DNA from: the human T2T-CHM13v2.0 reference genome, Homo sapiens
Assembly (NCBI RefSeq): GCF_009914755.1
Contig: NC_060942.1
DNA: 64,000 bases
Strand: one strand, 5' to 3'
In this document: positions 14,420-27,890 of the stretch, piece after piece
Numbering within the stretch: position 1 is the first letter of the stretch
How the letters are laid out: every line of letters starts with the position of its first letter
Notes under the pieces: generated by a model
The model's input: the letters and a program-made list of their open reading frames with translations, nothing else
Databases searched by the model: none
What the model was told of the DNA's origin: nothing
Program-made: the position numbers and the translations under genes

Positions 14420-15355
14420 AAAGTAAGGAAGTGATAAAAATACACCTGCATAAATGATGGGAGAATATCAAAGGGATACAGGAGCCAATTGAAAGAGCTC
14501 ACAATGGCCATATCTGGAGCAATTTTTGGAACAAAATAAATAACAGTATTGGTTTTAACCCACAGTATTAAATAAATATCCATTCATTCATACTGATATG
14601 AACACAGATTAAATAAATAATTAGGAGAGAATATACAAATCTCCTCTGAATAAGAGTTCAAAATATTTTAAGTGGATACTCTTCCTTCAAGGAAATAGAG
14701 CATAATTCCTGACCCTTAAATGTGGGCTTTGTAGAGGGACTGCCCTCCAAATAGTACAGTATGTAAAGGGAGAAAAAAATAACTACACAATAGAGAAACC
14801 CGACAAACACTACCTCAGAAAGGTGATCGAGGTCACATCAACTATTTTAAGCCATCTTGAGTACATGTTATCTTTATATGACCTAATGAAAATGGTACTT
14901 TACATTGATCATTTCCTCCTCCCTCCCCTCCCAAAAAGCAATAACCCTGGTCTCATCATAAAGAAAACATTAGAAAAATACCACCTAAGCTACATTCTAC
15001 AAATTGTTTGACCAGTATTGCTTCAAATTGTCATGATCATCAAAAATATGGAAAGACTAAAAAATTGTCACAGCCAAGGGAAGTGTGAGGAGATATGACA
15101 ACTAAATGTAATGTGATATCGTGGACGGGATCCTAGAATTATAAAAGGAAATTAAGGAAGACTAAAAAAAAAAACTAAATAAAATATGGACTTTAGTTAA
15201 TAATGATGTATTGATACTGATTTTGCACAGAATGTAACATACTAATGCAAGGTGTTAATAATAGAAAGAAATGGGTGCAAAGTGTATAATAATTCTACTA
15301 TCTATCTCTTTCATATAAATCTAAATCAATTCTAAAGTAAAATAGTTTATTCAGT
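14420..15355 (+). mobile_element. L1MC/L1MD-type 3' UTR
   Basis: gacaactaaatgtaatgtgatatc...ggatcctagaa and tggactttagttaataat motifs; followed by an AT-rich tract to ~15460. Confidence 0.7.
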
Positions 15356-16089
15356 AATAAGAAAATATATATACAGAGAAATTATATATAATTTATATAT
15401 AAATTATATTTTATAAATATATAAATTAAGTTATATATAATATAGATAAATTTATATGTTATGCACACACAGACACACATACAAATCTTCAAAATGAAAG
15501 ATAGGAAAATCAGACTTCATTCCTGTATTTTTCTTTTGTTTCACCATCTCAGAGCAACCATAAACCAAGTACTGGCAGACAACCAGTTTTGAAAGAGATT
15601 CAACAGCAGAGCTCCAGCTCCAGCTCAGAGCAGGAAAGATCCCTCTGGTTGCAGTTGTGGTTTTTCTTCCCAACCCTTTGGATCAAATAATCAAGCAGAT
15701 GATCATTTGAACCTCAGGGGATGTTGTCACATGCTGGTACAGGCACACAACTTACCATTAGAAATTATCTTTTTCTAATGGCAATGACACAACAAACTGT
15801 GATTCTCATTCAGGAAATGCTTGACTATACTCAAATGTCACCTGAATAAACAACTTGTGATTATCAACATTGTGATCATTAACATAGTGATTTATACATA
15901 CAATGTATTGACAAATTGGCAGAAGTAAGAATTTAATGGGTCACTTAATTTGGCTTCAATGATCTATATGTTACTTTAAAACATTTTTTAAAACACTGCT
16001 TTTCTCCTTTTAGTCAATATTTAATAAAAGTATGTAGCCACGGTAAAAAGAAAAAGTAACATGGTTGCAAGAGAATGAAGTAAAATAAG

Positions 16090-16310
16090 TAGCAGTGTAA
16101 TATGGTGGCTCACAGCATGGACTCTGACCATGAGCATGCTTGCAAGCCAGCCCTAGCCCTGGTCTCATTAGCCGTAAGACTTTAGGCAACTTACATAACA
16201 TTTCTGTCTCAGTTTCCTCATCCTTGAAATAGACATGATAGACCATCTCCATTAGTTTGTTGTGAGGATTAAATGAGATTATTAAATGTCTCAGTGCAGT
16301 CATTAACTTT
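16090..16310 (+). mobile_element. MIR
   Basis: tctcagtttcctcatc...tgttgtgaggattaaatgaga core. Confidence 0.8.
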
Positions 16311-16445
16311 ATTAATGGTTTATTTCATACGAAGATGATTATGCACAAATGATTTATCTATAAGCGTCTCTACCCCCTCTCACCCTCACCACACATACAT
16401 AATTAAGAGAATATGTCGAAAAGGAAGCAGCGTAGCGCAGCATGT

Positions 16446-16874
16446 TTAATCATTCTTTCATTCAACGGCTACTGCTAGTTACTGGAGGAGCTCCCAATCC
16501 TGTGAGTGACACACACCAATAAAGAGACATATGCAAACACTGTTAAGTGTGTTAATAGGGTCATGTTTAGAGCAGAACCAAGGAAGGGACCTGCACTAGA
16601 CGGGAGTGGTTAGAAAAGACCTCTTGGGGCTGCCAGTTGCAGAGAGCCTCAAAGGACAAGTAGAACTCTAAAGTAGGGAAAGAGGCATTCCACACAAAAG
16701 AAGCAAAGATGAGAAAGGGCATGAATGCTCAGGAAATTGGACATAATTTGGTTTGACTGGAAAGTAGGAATACCTATTGGAAAGATGCAAGGGAAGAGGC
16801 AGGAAAAGTAGACTTAGGCCAGAAGGCCAAGGGGCCCTAAGCAACATTGTATTTCCATTCTTTCTATTAGGCTA
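16446..16874 (-). mobile_element. L2 fragment
   Basis: tcattctttcattcaac tail followed by purine-rich antisense L2-like body. Confidence 0.5.
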
Positions 16875-16908
16875 CGCGGGGGCCGGGGTATTTCCACAAA
16901 AGCGAAAC

Positions 16909-17100
16909 GTATCCCAGCACTTTGTGAGGCCCAGGCGGAGGGATCAGTTGAGGTCAGGAGTCGAGAGCAGGCTGACCAACATGATGAAACCCTATCTCTA
17001 CCAAAAAATACAAAAATTAGCCACACGTGGTGGCATGCGCCTGTAGTCCCAGCTACTTGGGAGGCTGAGGTGGGAGAATCTCTTGAACCCAGGAGATGCA
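16909..17100 (+). mobile_element. Partial AluS (lacks the normal head and the 3' ~70 bp plus tail)
   Basis: atcccagcacttt...aaaaatacaaaaattagcc...ttgaacccaggag. Confidence 0.9.
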
Positions 17101-18438
17101 TGTCTGGAATTGGTAGGTTCTTGGTCTCACTGACTTCAAGAATGAAGCTGTGGACCCTCGCAGTGAGTGTTACAGTTCTTAAAGATGGTATGTCTGGAGT
17201 TTGTTCCTTCAGATGTTCAGATGTGTCCGGAGTTTCTTCCGTCTGGTGGGTTTGTGGTCTTGCTGACTTCAGGAGTGAAGCTGCAGACCTTCGCGGTGAG
17301 TGTCACAGCTCTTAAAGGCAGCATGTTGGGAGTTGTTTCTTCCTTCCAGTGGGTTTGTGGTCTTGCTAACTTCAGGAATGAAGCTGCAGACCTTCGTGGT
17401 GAGTGTGACAGCTCTTAAAGGCGGCGCGTCTGGAGTTGTTTGTTCCTTCCAGTGGGTTCGTGGTCTTGCTGGCTTCAGGAGTGAAGCTGCAGACCTTCTC
17501 AGTGAGTGTTACAGCTTATAAAGGCAGTGCGGACCCAAAGAGTAGCAGCAAGATTTATTTCAAAGAATGAAAGAACAAAGCTTCCACAGCATGGATGGGG
17601 ACCCCAGCAGGTGGCCGCTGCTAGCTCAGGCAGCCTGCTTTTATTCCCTTATCTGACCCCACCCACATCCTGCTGATTGGTCCATTTTACAGAGAGCTGA
17701 TGGCCCATTTTACAGAGAGCTGATTGGTCCGTTTTGACAGGGTGCTGACTGGTTGGTGCATTTACAAACCTTGAGCTAGACACAGAGTGCTGATTGGTGA
17801 ATTTACAATCCTTTAGCTAGACACAAAAGTTCTCCAAGTCCCCACTAGATTAGCTAGACACAGAGCACTGACTGGTGTGTTTACAAACCTTGAGCTAGAC
17901 ACAGGGCACTGATTGGTGCATTTACAATACTTTAGCTAGACATAAAAGTTCTCCAAGTCCCCACTAGATTAGCTAGACACAGAGCACTGATTGGTGCATG
18001 TACAAACCTTTAGCTAGACACAGAATGCTGACTGGTGTGTTTACAATCTTTTAGCTAGACACAGAGTGCTGATTGGTGCGTTTACAATCCTCTAGCTAGA
18101 CATAAAAGTTCTCCAAGTCCCCACCAGATTAGCTACATAGAGTGCTGACTGGTGCATCCACAAACCCCGAGCTGGACACAGAATGCTGATTGGTATATAT
18201 ACAATCCTCCAGCTAGACATAAAAGTTCTCCAAGTCCCCACTCGACTCAGGAGCCCAGCTGGCTTTGCCTAGTGGATCCAGGGCCACGGGCGGAGCTGCC
18301 CGCCAGTCCCACACTACGCTCCAGCACTCCTCAGCCCTTGGGCAGTCAATGGGACTGGGTGCCATGGAACAGGCCACACTGGAGCCCACGGGGGTAGGGG
18401 GGGTTTGGGCATGGTGGGCTGCAAGTCCCAAGTCCTGC
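17101..18438 (-). mobile_element. LTR12-family (ERV9) LTR, 5'-truncated
   Basis: tgtctggaattggtaggttcttgg 3' end; ~110-bp U5 repeats (gtgaagctgcagaccttc); tandem gctagacacagagtgctgattggt U3 repeats. Confidence 0.92.
17636..18200 (-). promoter_or_regulatory. LTR12 U3 promoter/enhancer: CCAAT (NF-Y) array, GATA site, AATAAA TATA-like box
   Basis: About 7 intact CTGATTGG copies plus several CTGACTGG variants; cttatct at 17648; ttttattccc at ~17639. Activity is not shown by the sequence. Confidence 0.65.
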
Positions 18439-19362
18439 TTTAGGCTAAACTTGATTTAACACCTTTAAAATATCTGAAATGGTATATAATCATCATCAAA
18501 AATTGGTGACTGGTATCCTTTTATCAAGTACTGAAATAGTGTACGGTTAGGTATATATATAGAGAGAATAATGTACTGTTAGGTATATATTTATGGAGAA
18601 TAATGATTTATGGAATTATAATTAATAAGTTTAGGATATCAGCACTTTTTAGTTAATTTAGTTAATTGACAGTAGCCCAAATTGTGTATGTCATCAGTTT
18701 CATAAAGTATCAATAGTTTATATATGTAGTTTACTGTGAAACAATAGATCAACATAAATTTCTGATTTGTAAGTTATCAAAGAATTAATGAAAAAAGTTT
18801 ACCATATGGAATTTTTGGCATACAAAAGCCTGTATTGCATTATTCAAAAACAACAGTATTATGAATTTCCTTCAACTTTTACTTTTTAAATTTTTCCACA
18901 CAGAATGTCAGGCAAATCCATAAAAAGCCTTATTGTTTTATATTAATGCATGTGGCTCATATCATCTGGCTGGCACAAAAAAGGAGATCCCTGATTAGGG
19001 AGTCAGATCTTTGTTTTGGAGCTTCTGTCTTATACTCTAATAATCAGTGATCTATGTCAAGGCAGTGCATTTCTGGGATTTCAAATTTTTCCAAGTAAAA
19101 AGCAATGAATGCATTTTTTCCCTAATTATACAAGGTTTGTTTTAAGGATCAAATACAATAATATGTATTATAAATGCTAGAAATTATAAATCACTCTTTG
19201 AATACATGCAATTATTTCTTCTGAGTTATATATTTTAATTGATATATTTTGGTTTGGTGTTATGGTATATTAATATTGAGGTAGAGTTAATACTGCCAAT
19301 ACCAGATGATTTAAGTATTTTGAAAAAGTAGAAAATATTCTGGACACATGAGAAAATAATTC

Positions 19363-20735
19363 AACAGAGATATAGACCAAAGGAACAGAATAGAGCCCTC
19401 AGAAATAATATCACACATCTACAACCATCTGATCTTTGACAAACCTGACAAAAACAAGAAATGGGGAAAGGATTCCCTATATAATAAATGGTGCTGGGAA
19501 AACTGGCTAGCCATATGTAGAAAGCTGAAACTGGATCCCTTCCTTACACCTTACACAAAAATTAATTCAAGATGGATTAAAGACTTAACTGTTAGACCTA
19601 AAACCATAAAAACCCTAGGAGAAAACCTAGGCAATACCATTCAGGACATAGGCATGGGCAAGGACTTCATGACTAAAACACCAAAGCAATGGCAACAAAA
19701 GCCAAAATTGACAAATGGGATCTAATTAAACTAAAGAGCTTCTGCACTGCAAAAGAAACTACCATCAGAGTGAACAGGCAACCTACAGAATGGGAGAAAA
19801 TTTTTACAATCTGCTTATCTGACAAAGGGCTAATATTCAGAATCTACAAAGAACTCAAACAAATTTACAAGAAAAAAACAAACAACCCCGTCAAAAAGTG
19901 GGTGAAGGATATGAACAGACACTTCTCAAAAGAAGACATTTATGCAGCCAACAGACACATGAAAAAATGCTCATCATCACTGGCCATCAGAGAAATGCAA
20001 ATCAAAACCACAATGAGATATCATCTCACACCAGTTAGAACGGCGATCATTAAAAAGTCAGGAAACAACAGGTGCTGGAGAGGATGTGGAGAAATAGGAA
20101 CACTTTTACACTGTTGGTGGGACTGTAAACTAGTTCAACCATTGTGGAAGACAGTGTGGTGATTCCTCAAGGATCTAGAACTAGAAATACCATTTGACCC
20201 AGCCATCCCATTACTAGGTATACACCCAAAGGATTATAAATCATGCTGCTATAAGGACGCATGCACACGTATGTTTATTGCCACACTATTCACAATAGCA
20301 AATACTTGGAACCAACGCAAATGTCCATCAGTGATAGACTGGATTAAGAAAATGTGGCACATATACACCATGGAATACTATGCAGCCATAAAAAAGGATG
20401 AGTTCATGTCCTTTGTAGGGACATAGATGAAGCTGGAAACCATTATTCTGAGCAAACTATAGTTAAGGACAGAAAACCAAACACTGCATGTTCTCACTCA
20501 TAGGTGGAAATTGAACAATGAGAACACTTGGACACAGGGTGGGGAACAGCACACACCGGGGCCTGTTGTGGGGTCGGGGGAGGTGGGAGGGATAGCACTA
20601 GGAGATATACCTAATGTAAATGATGAGTTTTTGGGTGCAGCACACCAACATGGCACATGTATACATATGTAACAAACCTGCACATTGTGCACATGTACCC
20701 TAGAACTTAAAGTATAATTAAAAAAACACACACAC
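19363..20735 (+). mobile_element. 5'-truncated L1PA (about PA4-PA5)
   Basis: ORF2 3' part, 3' UTR and A/CA tail; TSD AAAATAATTC at 19353-19362 and 20736-20745. Confidence 0.95.
19689..20162 (+). pseudogene. L1 ORF2p C-terminal (Cys-rich) remnant with premature stop
   Basis: [23 protein letters not shown]...[18 protein letters not shown]; stop at 20160-20162 lies where ORF2p continues. Confidence 0.9.
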
Positions 20736-22414
20736 AAAATAATTCTTAATTTTACCTAGTTAGACATCCTCAGTAATATTGCAAAATTGTGAAAGTAGCC
20801 ATCAGGTGGCAATAAAATAGCAAACTAAAACTAATTATGACTCAATTGATGTCAACCTGATCAGAAGGAAATGAACTTTGAGATCATAATAATGTTTAGG
20901 GGAAAAAATTGTTTCCAGCTACTGTTAAATACGTTCAATATTAAAGAACTTTCCTTAAAAATTTTAATATGGTAATGATTTGGGCCAAACAGTATTACAT
21001 ACTTACACTTTGTATTTTAATTTTTATTATGCTTCAGAATGTGTATAATATGGAATGCACTAAACCATTAAATAAAAATGAATTAGAAATGTATAACTAA
21101 ATACATATATATATCAACCACTTTGCATATTTATCTGCAAACTTATAACATGCAGATATTTACTCACATCTTAAAATAAAAACATGTGCTCATTATCTTG
21201 TGATAATTTGAGAAATGCAGGATTGTTCCTAAAGAGAAAATAATAATTAATATCGTTATGATGTCTCTTTGAAAGCTTTTCTAAATTAATGTTGAAATAA
21301 CTAATATTTAACTATAGGTTATATACTGAGTGTTAGGAATACTAAACTGCTAACAGGATATGTAATGCAGAGTTTGATTTGCTATTTTAGATTGCATGTT
21401 TATGTTCAAAGGATTGTTGATAGAAATGCATTATCTAACTACAAGCAATTATAGTTTACCAAGTCAAATATATTAGTCCATTTATGTTGTAGCTAGTAAT
21501 AAATGAGGAATCTATCATTCTAAATAACTAATACAGCACATGGGCAATTTTAGCACTCAATAATTGAGATTCAGTAAAATCAACTTGCCATTTGGATAGA
21601 GATAGATGAACAACATGGAGTTTATATTTTAATTACTTCAATATCTCACTGACATTAAAATGTTCCTGTTGGCAAAGAATAAGGCTTTATAGTGCATTTG
21701 TAGTAGCAATCCATGAGTTGCAGAGCCAGTGTTTGGATTGAGTCTCGTTTACAGGAATGAATGCTACAGTACTTTTCGATGAGGAAGCAAAGATTCTTAC
21801 TTAACTACTTTCCCATCTGCTAGACACTTGCCAAAGTTGAATTATGTATTTTTCTGATGAAGAGAATATCTTCTTTAGAGATTTTACTATTTGAATAGAA
21901 AGGGAACAGATACTTTATGTATCAGTTCCTTAGAGAAAGCATTTCTAACCATGGAGAGTTGATAAAGTGCCTGTCTTACATTAATCTCACCAAAGGCCTC
22001 CTGCGTATACCCCATGAGCACTCACTGCAGTGTTTTATTTGATCATGAAACTCTTATTAATTGTGAAACAAATTGGCAATGATGTTTGACTTGCTCTTTG
22101 CCATGTATCATGTCAAAATATTAATAAAAGTTTATCACAAAAGTTTTAGCATAGAAAATTTTGCATAGACAAATGTTTGTACAGGATAAATTTACTATAT
22201 ACATTTTTTATACACGTCACAATAAAATTAAAGAGACAGAAGCAAACAACTCGAGTTATTAAATGGGAAAAAGATACGTAGAGACAGAAGATATGTACTG
22301 GCAATAGACAGAAAATGAAATAGTAACGTAAAAAGATAACCTCACACATAGTAAGACGAACAAAATCTGGTAAATGACCATTTTTACACATCAAGTTAGA
22401 AAAAACTCAGAAGT

Positions 22415-23520
22415 TTTTATCATGTATTTGGAGTCCCATAGTATATATTCTTTTGAGTTTGGCTTCTTTCACGCCTCATAATACTTTTGAGTTGCATCCA
22501 TGTTGTTGCCTGTGTCAGCAGCACATTCATGGTTTTCTAAATAATATCCCATTATATGAGGTACCACAGTTTGATTATCTAATCACCAAACATTGAACCT
22601 TGTGCCATCTGCAAATTCTAGAAGTTACTTTAAAAATCTGATAAAAACATTCAGGTACAGTTTTTTCCTATGGACGTATGTAGAAATACTCATGAATGGG
22701 GTGGCTGGGTTGAATACTAAATGTATGTTTAACTTTGTAAAAACCTGCTGAACTGTTTTTCAGCTCTTTTCAAAGTGGCTGTGCTATTTTGCATATTATT
22801 TGAGCATTAAACAAGAGCAATGTAGGAGAGCAACTGATGCACTGCATACTTGACAATAGCAGATATTGTCAGATTTTGTAGTGTTGCGTTTATATGTAAA
22901 GAACTTGTAGTAAAATCTAATTTTTTAAATTGTTCTGTTTCTTCAGTGACTAAATGCTGTGTATATCTCTTTATGTACTTACTTGCCATCAGTAACTATT
23001 CAGTAGTGAAGTGTCTATTCAAATCTTTTGGTCATTTATTTATTGGGTTGCTGATTTTGTTATCATTGAGTTGTGAGTGTTCTTATACTTATAACATGGC
23101 TACCTATGTGTTTTATTACATTTCTCCTAGTCTCTGTTTGGTCTTTCCATTTTCTTTTTAGTGTCTTTTAAAGAGGAAAATGTTTACTTTTTATACAGCT
23201 CAATTTATTTTTAAATAATTATTTATAATATTTGAATCCTATATAAAAAATCTTGGCCTAATATAAAGTCACAAAGATTTTCTACTTTGTTTTTTTCTAC
23301 AAACTTTATAGTTCAACTTTTATATTTAGATCTATAATACATTCAGAATTAATATTTATATAGGATATGAGGTATGAGTCAAATATTTATTTCTGTCATA
23401 TGGATATCAAATTGTCTTAGTGGCATTTTTTGAAAATGGAACCAAAATAAACAAAATGAAAAAAGGCTCTTTTTACCATTTAATTTTCCTTGCAAGTTAA
23501 TAGAAATTTAATTTCCAAAA
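22415..23520 (-). mobile_element. Old L1M 3' region
   Basis: gtgaagtgtctattcaaatcttttggtcatt and tggatatcaaattg motifs. Confidence 0.7.
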
Positions 23521-24069
23521 CACTTTTCTTTTTGCTCTTATAACTTAAGTCTGAAGAAAGTATGTGATTTTGTAGTTGTTCTATAATTTCCTCTGTTCTT
23601 TGGTAGGAGTGATGCTCCTTCCAGCTTTTTACACCCTAGGCAGAATCAGATGCTCCTCCATGTTTTATTTTCTTAATATGTGTTCCTACCTTCTCAAATA
23701 ATTCCTCTGATTGTTCTTCCAGCTTATCAATTTGCTCTTCCACTGTGTCCAATCTGCTATTCACCCTAGTTGTTGAAAATGTTTTAAAGTATTATTTTTA
23801 TTTTAAGGAATCTAGCTTCTGTTTGGTAATATGAGTTCAATATCATTCTTTTTCTGTTTTTCTATACATGCTTAAAATTTTGTTTTACTAACTTTGGTTC
23901 TTGTTGTACTCTATTTCATGTGTAGAATACTCCTTAAATATCTGGTGATTTTATAAATCAATTCAATTTTAGAGTTAAGGTAGCCTACATAATCATATAA
24001 GCTATGACAGGAAGAGAATCAATGCTTGATGTTTATAATATATCCCTTGATATTGAAAGCATTGTCTAT

Positions 24070-24211
24070 GAGCTGGCATTAATATCACCTCAGAGACTTC
24101 TAGAAATGCAGAATCTCAGTCCCCGTCCTAGACCCACCAAAACAGAATATATGTTTTAGCAAATTCCCAGTTGATTCATATACACATTAATGACTGAGAA
24201 GTACTGGTCTA
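24070..24211. mobile_element. MER5A (hAT-Charlie) fragment
   Basis: tagaaatgcagaatctcag...tgattcatatacacattaa...tgagaagtactg. Confidence 0.75.
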
Positions 24212-25734
24212 TGCTGTTTTCAATAAAAGTTGAAAATGGAAGAAATGTGGGAAGTTTGCAAACTCTTCTTGTAGGTTTATCTCCTAATCTTTTCCTTTTT
24301 TTTTTTTTCCTCATTGACTCAGGAATCTATGCAATCACCTCAGTTTAAGGTCACTGAACTTCATAACTCCAGGAAGCAGTATTTATATTTCAGTCTTGGG
24401 GTGGTGCTTCAGAAGGTACACAAAGAAAAATGTATCATAAAGTTGTGAAATGTGGAGGCATTGAGCTTTTCTGTAGCATTATACCTTTACAATAATTAGT
24501 GACTTTTATGAGATGGGAATTGCATCAAGATTGCTGCTGCTTTGAGATTCTAACTAATCTAATGATTTGCTCCTTGGCATTTTGTTCCCATATCCTTCCA
24601 ACTCCAGCTGCATCATACATTTGGAGTTTGCCATCTACATTTTAAGTGCGCTCTTTTGCATATCTTGAGTTATAAATCTTCCTCTTGGGTGTGACCATTT
24701 CTGTTATTAGTTGTTGATTTCTCTAAGAATTTTCCTTCTCTTAAAAAATAATTAAAATTTTATTTTTATGTATTTAATATATTTTTTTAACTTCACTAAT
24801 GATGAATTTTGGTTCAAGAGAACTATAGTGTAGCAGGTCCATTTTGAAACCAAATGCAGAGCTGCATCTTTCCCTTAAATATTTTCAGACAAGTCATGCT
24901 GATTCTTAACGCCTTTAAGGAACAAGGAGAGCATTTGTTTCTAGATTTTTCATGATGATTTTATTTATACATGATTTTTGATGCCCATTAAATTCATTAT
25001 TATCTCATTCTTGTTCTTGTTTTCCACTTTTTTACTCCCCCTTCTTTGTCTCTTCCTTCTTGTTCATTTCTTTTTTTTTTCTTTCAGTACTGATGGATAG
25101 ATCTTGCTATATTGGTTCCTTTCTGATTATTGTTAATGTTGTCCCGGTACTTGCCTCCATATTTAATCTCTCTAATTAGTTATCGCTATATAAGCAATTA
25201 GAAATGTGTCAATTTTCTTTAGGAAAATCTCTAACATTTCCCAGAGCTGAGAGGGTGTGTTTATCTCTCTCACTTCCATTATTGATTAATACTAGATTGA
25301 TAGAACTTGTTTCTCTACATTTGCACATTTGTGACTTGTGACTTTGCTCTTTTTAAATTAAAAATGGATATTTTTTCTATTTTTTGATAATATTCAATAT
25401 TCTCAGTGGTTTAGAATAAGAGGAGAATAAAATTGCCTTTTTCTGTCATCTTTAAAACAAAACCTCCATCAGTATCTTTTGAAGAATCACATAAACATAT
25501 ACATAAGATACTCACTGAAAAGAAAACAATTGTCTTTATATTCAAACATGGCTGGTAAGATAAAGAAACTAATTTTTTGTGGATTTATTTTTGAAATGCT
25601 TTGATTGCTTAACATTTAAATTATAAGATATATTTCGAATTCTTAGGACAACTACAATCATTTTAATATGCATAATAATTAAAAGATTTATATAATTCAA
25701 TTTACAAATAGTAACTGTAAATTTATTATAGTAA

Positions 25735-26067
<333 letters not shown>

Positions 26068-26354
26068 AGTAATCTAATTGTTTTATACTATTGAAACAAA
26101 AGCAATTTAGAAGACTCAAATCACATGTGAATGATGTGAATATAAGGTATATAGAAAATCAAGTATTTTCTTCCCTAATAATATCATAAGAGAATGAAAA
26201 GAAATGGAAATGGTTTCCTTTTCAGAAAATGAGGAGTAACAATATAAAAGTTTAAATAAGTAGCAAGATGAAATAGTATCTTATACCTAGAAACCACTTT
26301 CTGATTGTATTTTCTCAATATATTGATTTTTCTAAGGTGAACTAGAATTACAGA

Positions 26355-26672
26355 ACAATCCTCCCTTAGTATTTGTGGGGAATAAGTTCTAGTACTCCCT
26401 TACAGAAATCAAAGTCTTCAGATGCTCCATTCTCTGATATAAAATGATATAGTATTTGCATACAACATACACACATTCTCTCATATACTTTAAATCATCT
26501 CTAGATGTTGATGGTACCTAATACAATGTAAATGCTATGCACACAGTTGTTATATTGTATTTTTTCATTCATTTGTATTATTTTTGTTACATTATTATTT
26601 TTTATTTTATTTTCTCCAAATTCCACAGATGTGTAACTCATAGATACCAATAGATATGGAGAGAAGACTGTA
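26355..26672. mobile_element. MER2 (TcMar-Tigger) element
   Basis: tatactttaaatcatctctaga...acctaatacaatgtaaatgctatg core; ends gactgta. Confidence 0.75.
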
Positions 26673-26849
26673 GTTATTTGCAATTTGTTCATCTAACTTA
26701 ATATTTCCAGTAATAGAGGAATTCACATTTTAAATATGCAATATCACAAAACATTTTTATAAGTATAGAAAATTAACATAAGTATATAAAACTATCAATA
26801 AAGAGAAATCAATTTAAATGTAAATGCTTTATATGCTTTGACTCTATTA

Positions 26850-27420
26850 GGTACTATTTTTCAGAACTGCCAAGCATATGGATACACTGAAACAGCACTG
26901 GGGAATATATAAATGAGTACAGAATTTATGAAGTGCAATTGGCCTTCTTACATCAAATTCATTAAAATGTGTATATCTATTGGCTGAGAAATGGTCTTCC
27001 AGGAATTTAATCACGGGTAAATACTTACAGCTTTATACAAAGATTTGTCTACAAATACATTTATTACAGCATTGTTTAGATTAGTGATAAATTGGAAACA
27101 AAGTATCTATAAATAATTAATTGGTTAATCATTATAGAATACATATAAGATACAATACTTTTCAACCATTATGATATTGTAGAAAGGAAACATACTTAAA
27201 TGTATTATTAGATTATAAAATGTTTTACTTGTCAGTATCTCATTTTAAAATAAAATTATAAGTTAAAGATATTAATTGATCACATAAAAAGCACCAGAAT
27301 CTATCTTTAGTGATAGGGATACAGGTTGTGAAACAATTAATAATGATAATAAAAACAACATTGAAAATGAAATTTTTGCATTCTTTCATATCACATATTT
27401 TTGCATTTTTTGAGAAGACA
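26850..27420 (+). mobile_element. L1ME-type fragment
   Basis: atttattacagcattgttt...aaattggaaacaa. Confidence 0.5.
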
Positions 27421-27579
27421 ACTATTAATAAAATAATCTAAAGAAGGTATCTATAAACAGATATTGTATTTATAAGGAAGTGAATAATATTATCCCCTTC
27501 TCATTTAAGAGAATCTTAACTATGACCAACCTAAATCCATATTTTCAGCCATATGTAGCCACAAAGAAGCAATATGATA

Positions 27580-27890
27580 TTTTCAGATGGAATGCTTTTT
27601 GCAGAATCTATGTAATAACCTTAAGGGTGAAGGGCATGCCCTCATCTCTCCCTAGTTCCCAATTTCTGGCAAAAAGGGCAGGATGGGAGGGTGACCTCTC
27701 AAGTACCATTAAAGTAAGAGCAACCCTGTAGATACGAAGAGAATGAGGCTAAAAGGGCTTTGGCCTGACAAGTGGTTGAAACATCCAGCCATTAACTTCT
27801 GATATCTGGTCTGATATGTGAGAAAGACAAACTTTTCTCTTGTTTAGGTCCTGTCAGTTCTGCTTTCCGTCAAACAGTCAAAATTCCATG
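27580..27890 (+). mobile_element. Old MLT1-like LTR fragment
   Basis: tatgtgagaaagacaaacttttctcttgttta resembles an MLT1 3' part. Confidence 0.35.

Noticed and set aside
17130-18240. Repeat-spacer-like arrays resembling CRISPR
   Set aside because: These are the standard U3 and U5 tandem repeats of LTR12; the intervening units are homologous and there are no cas genes
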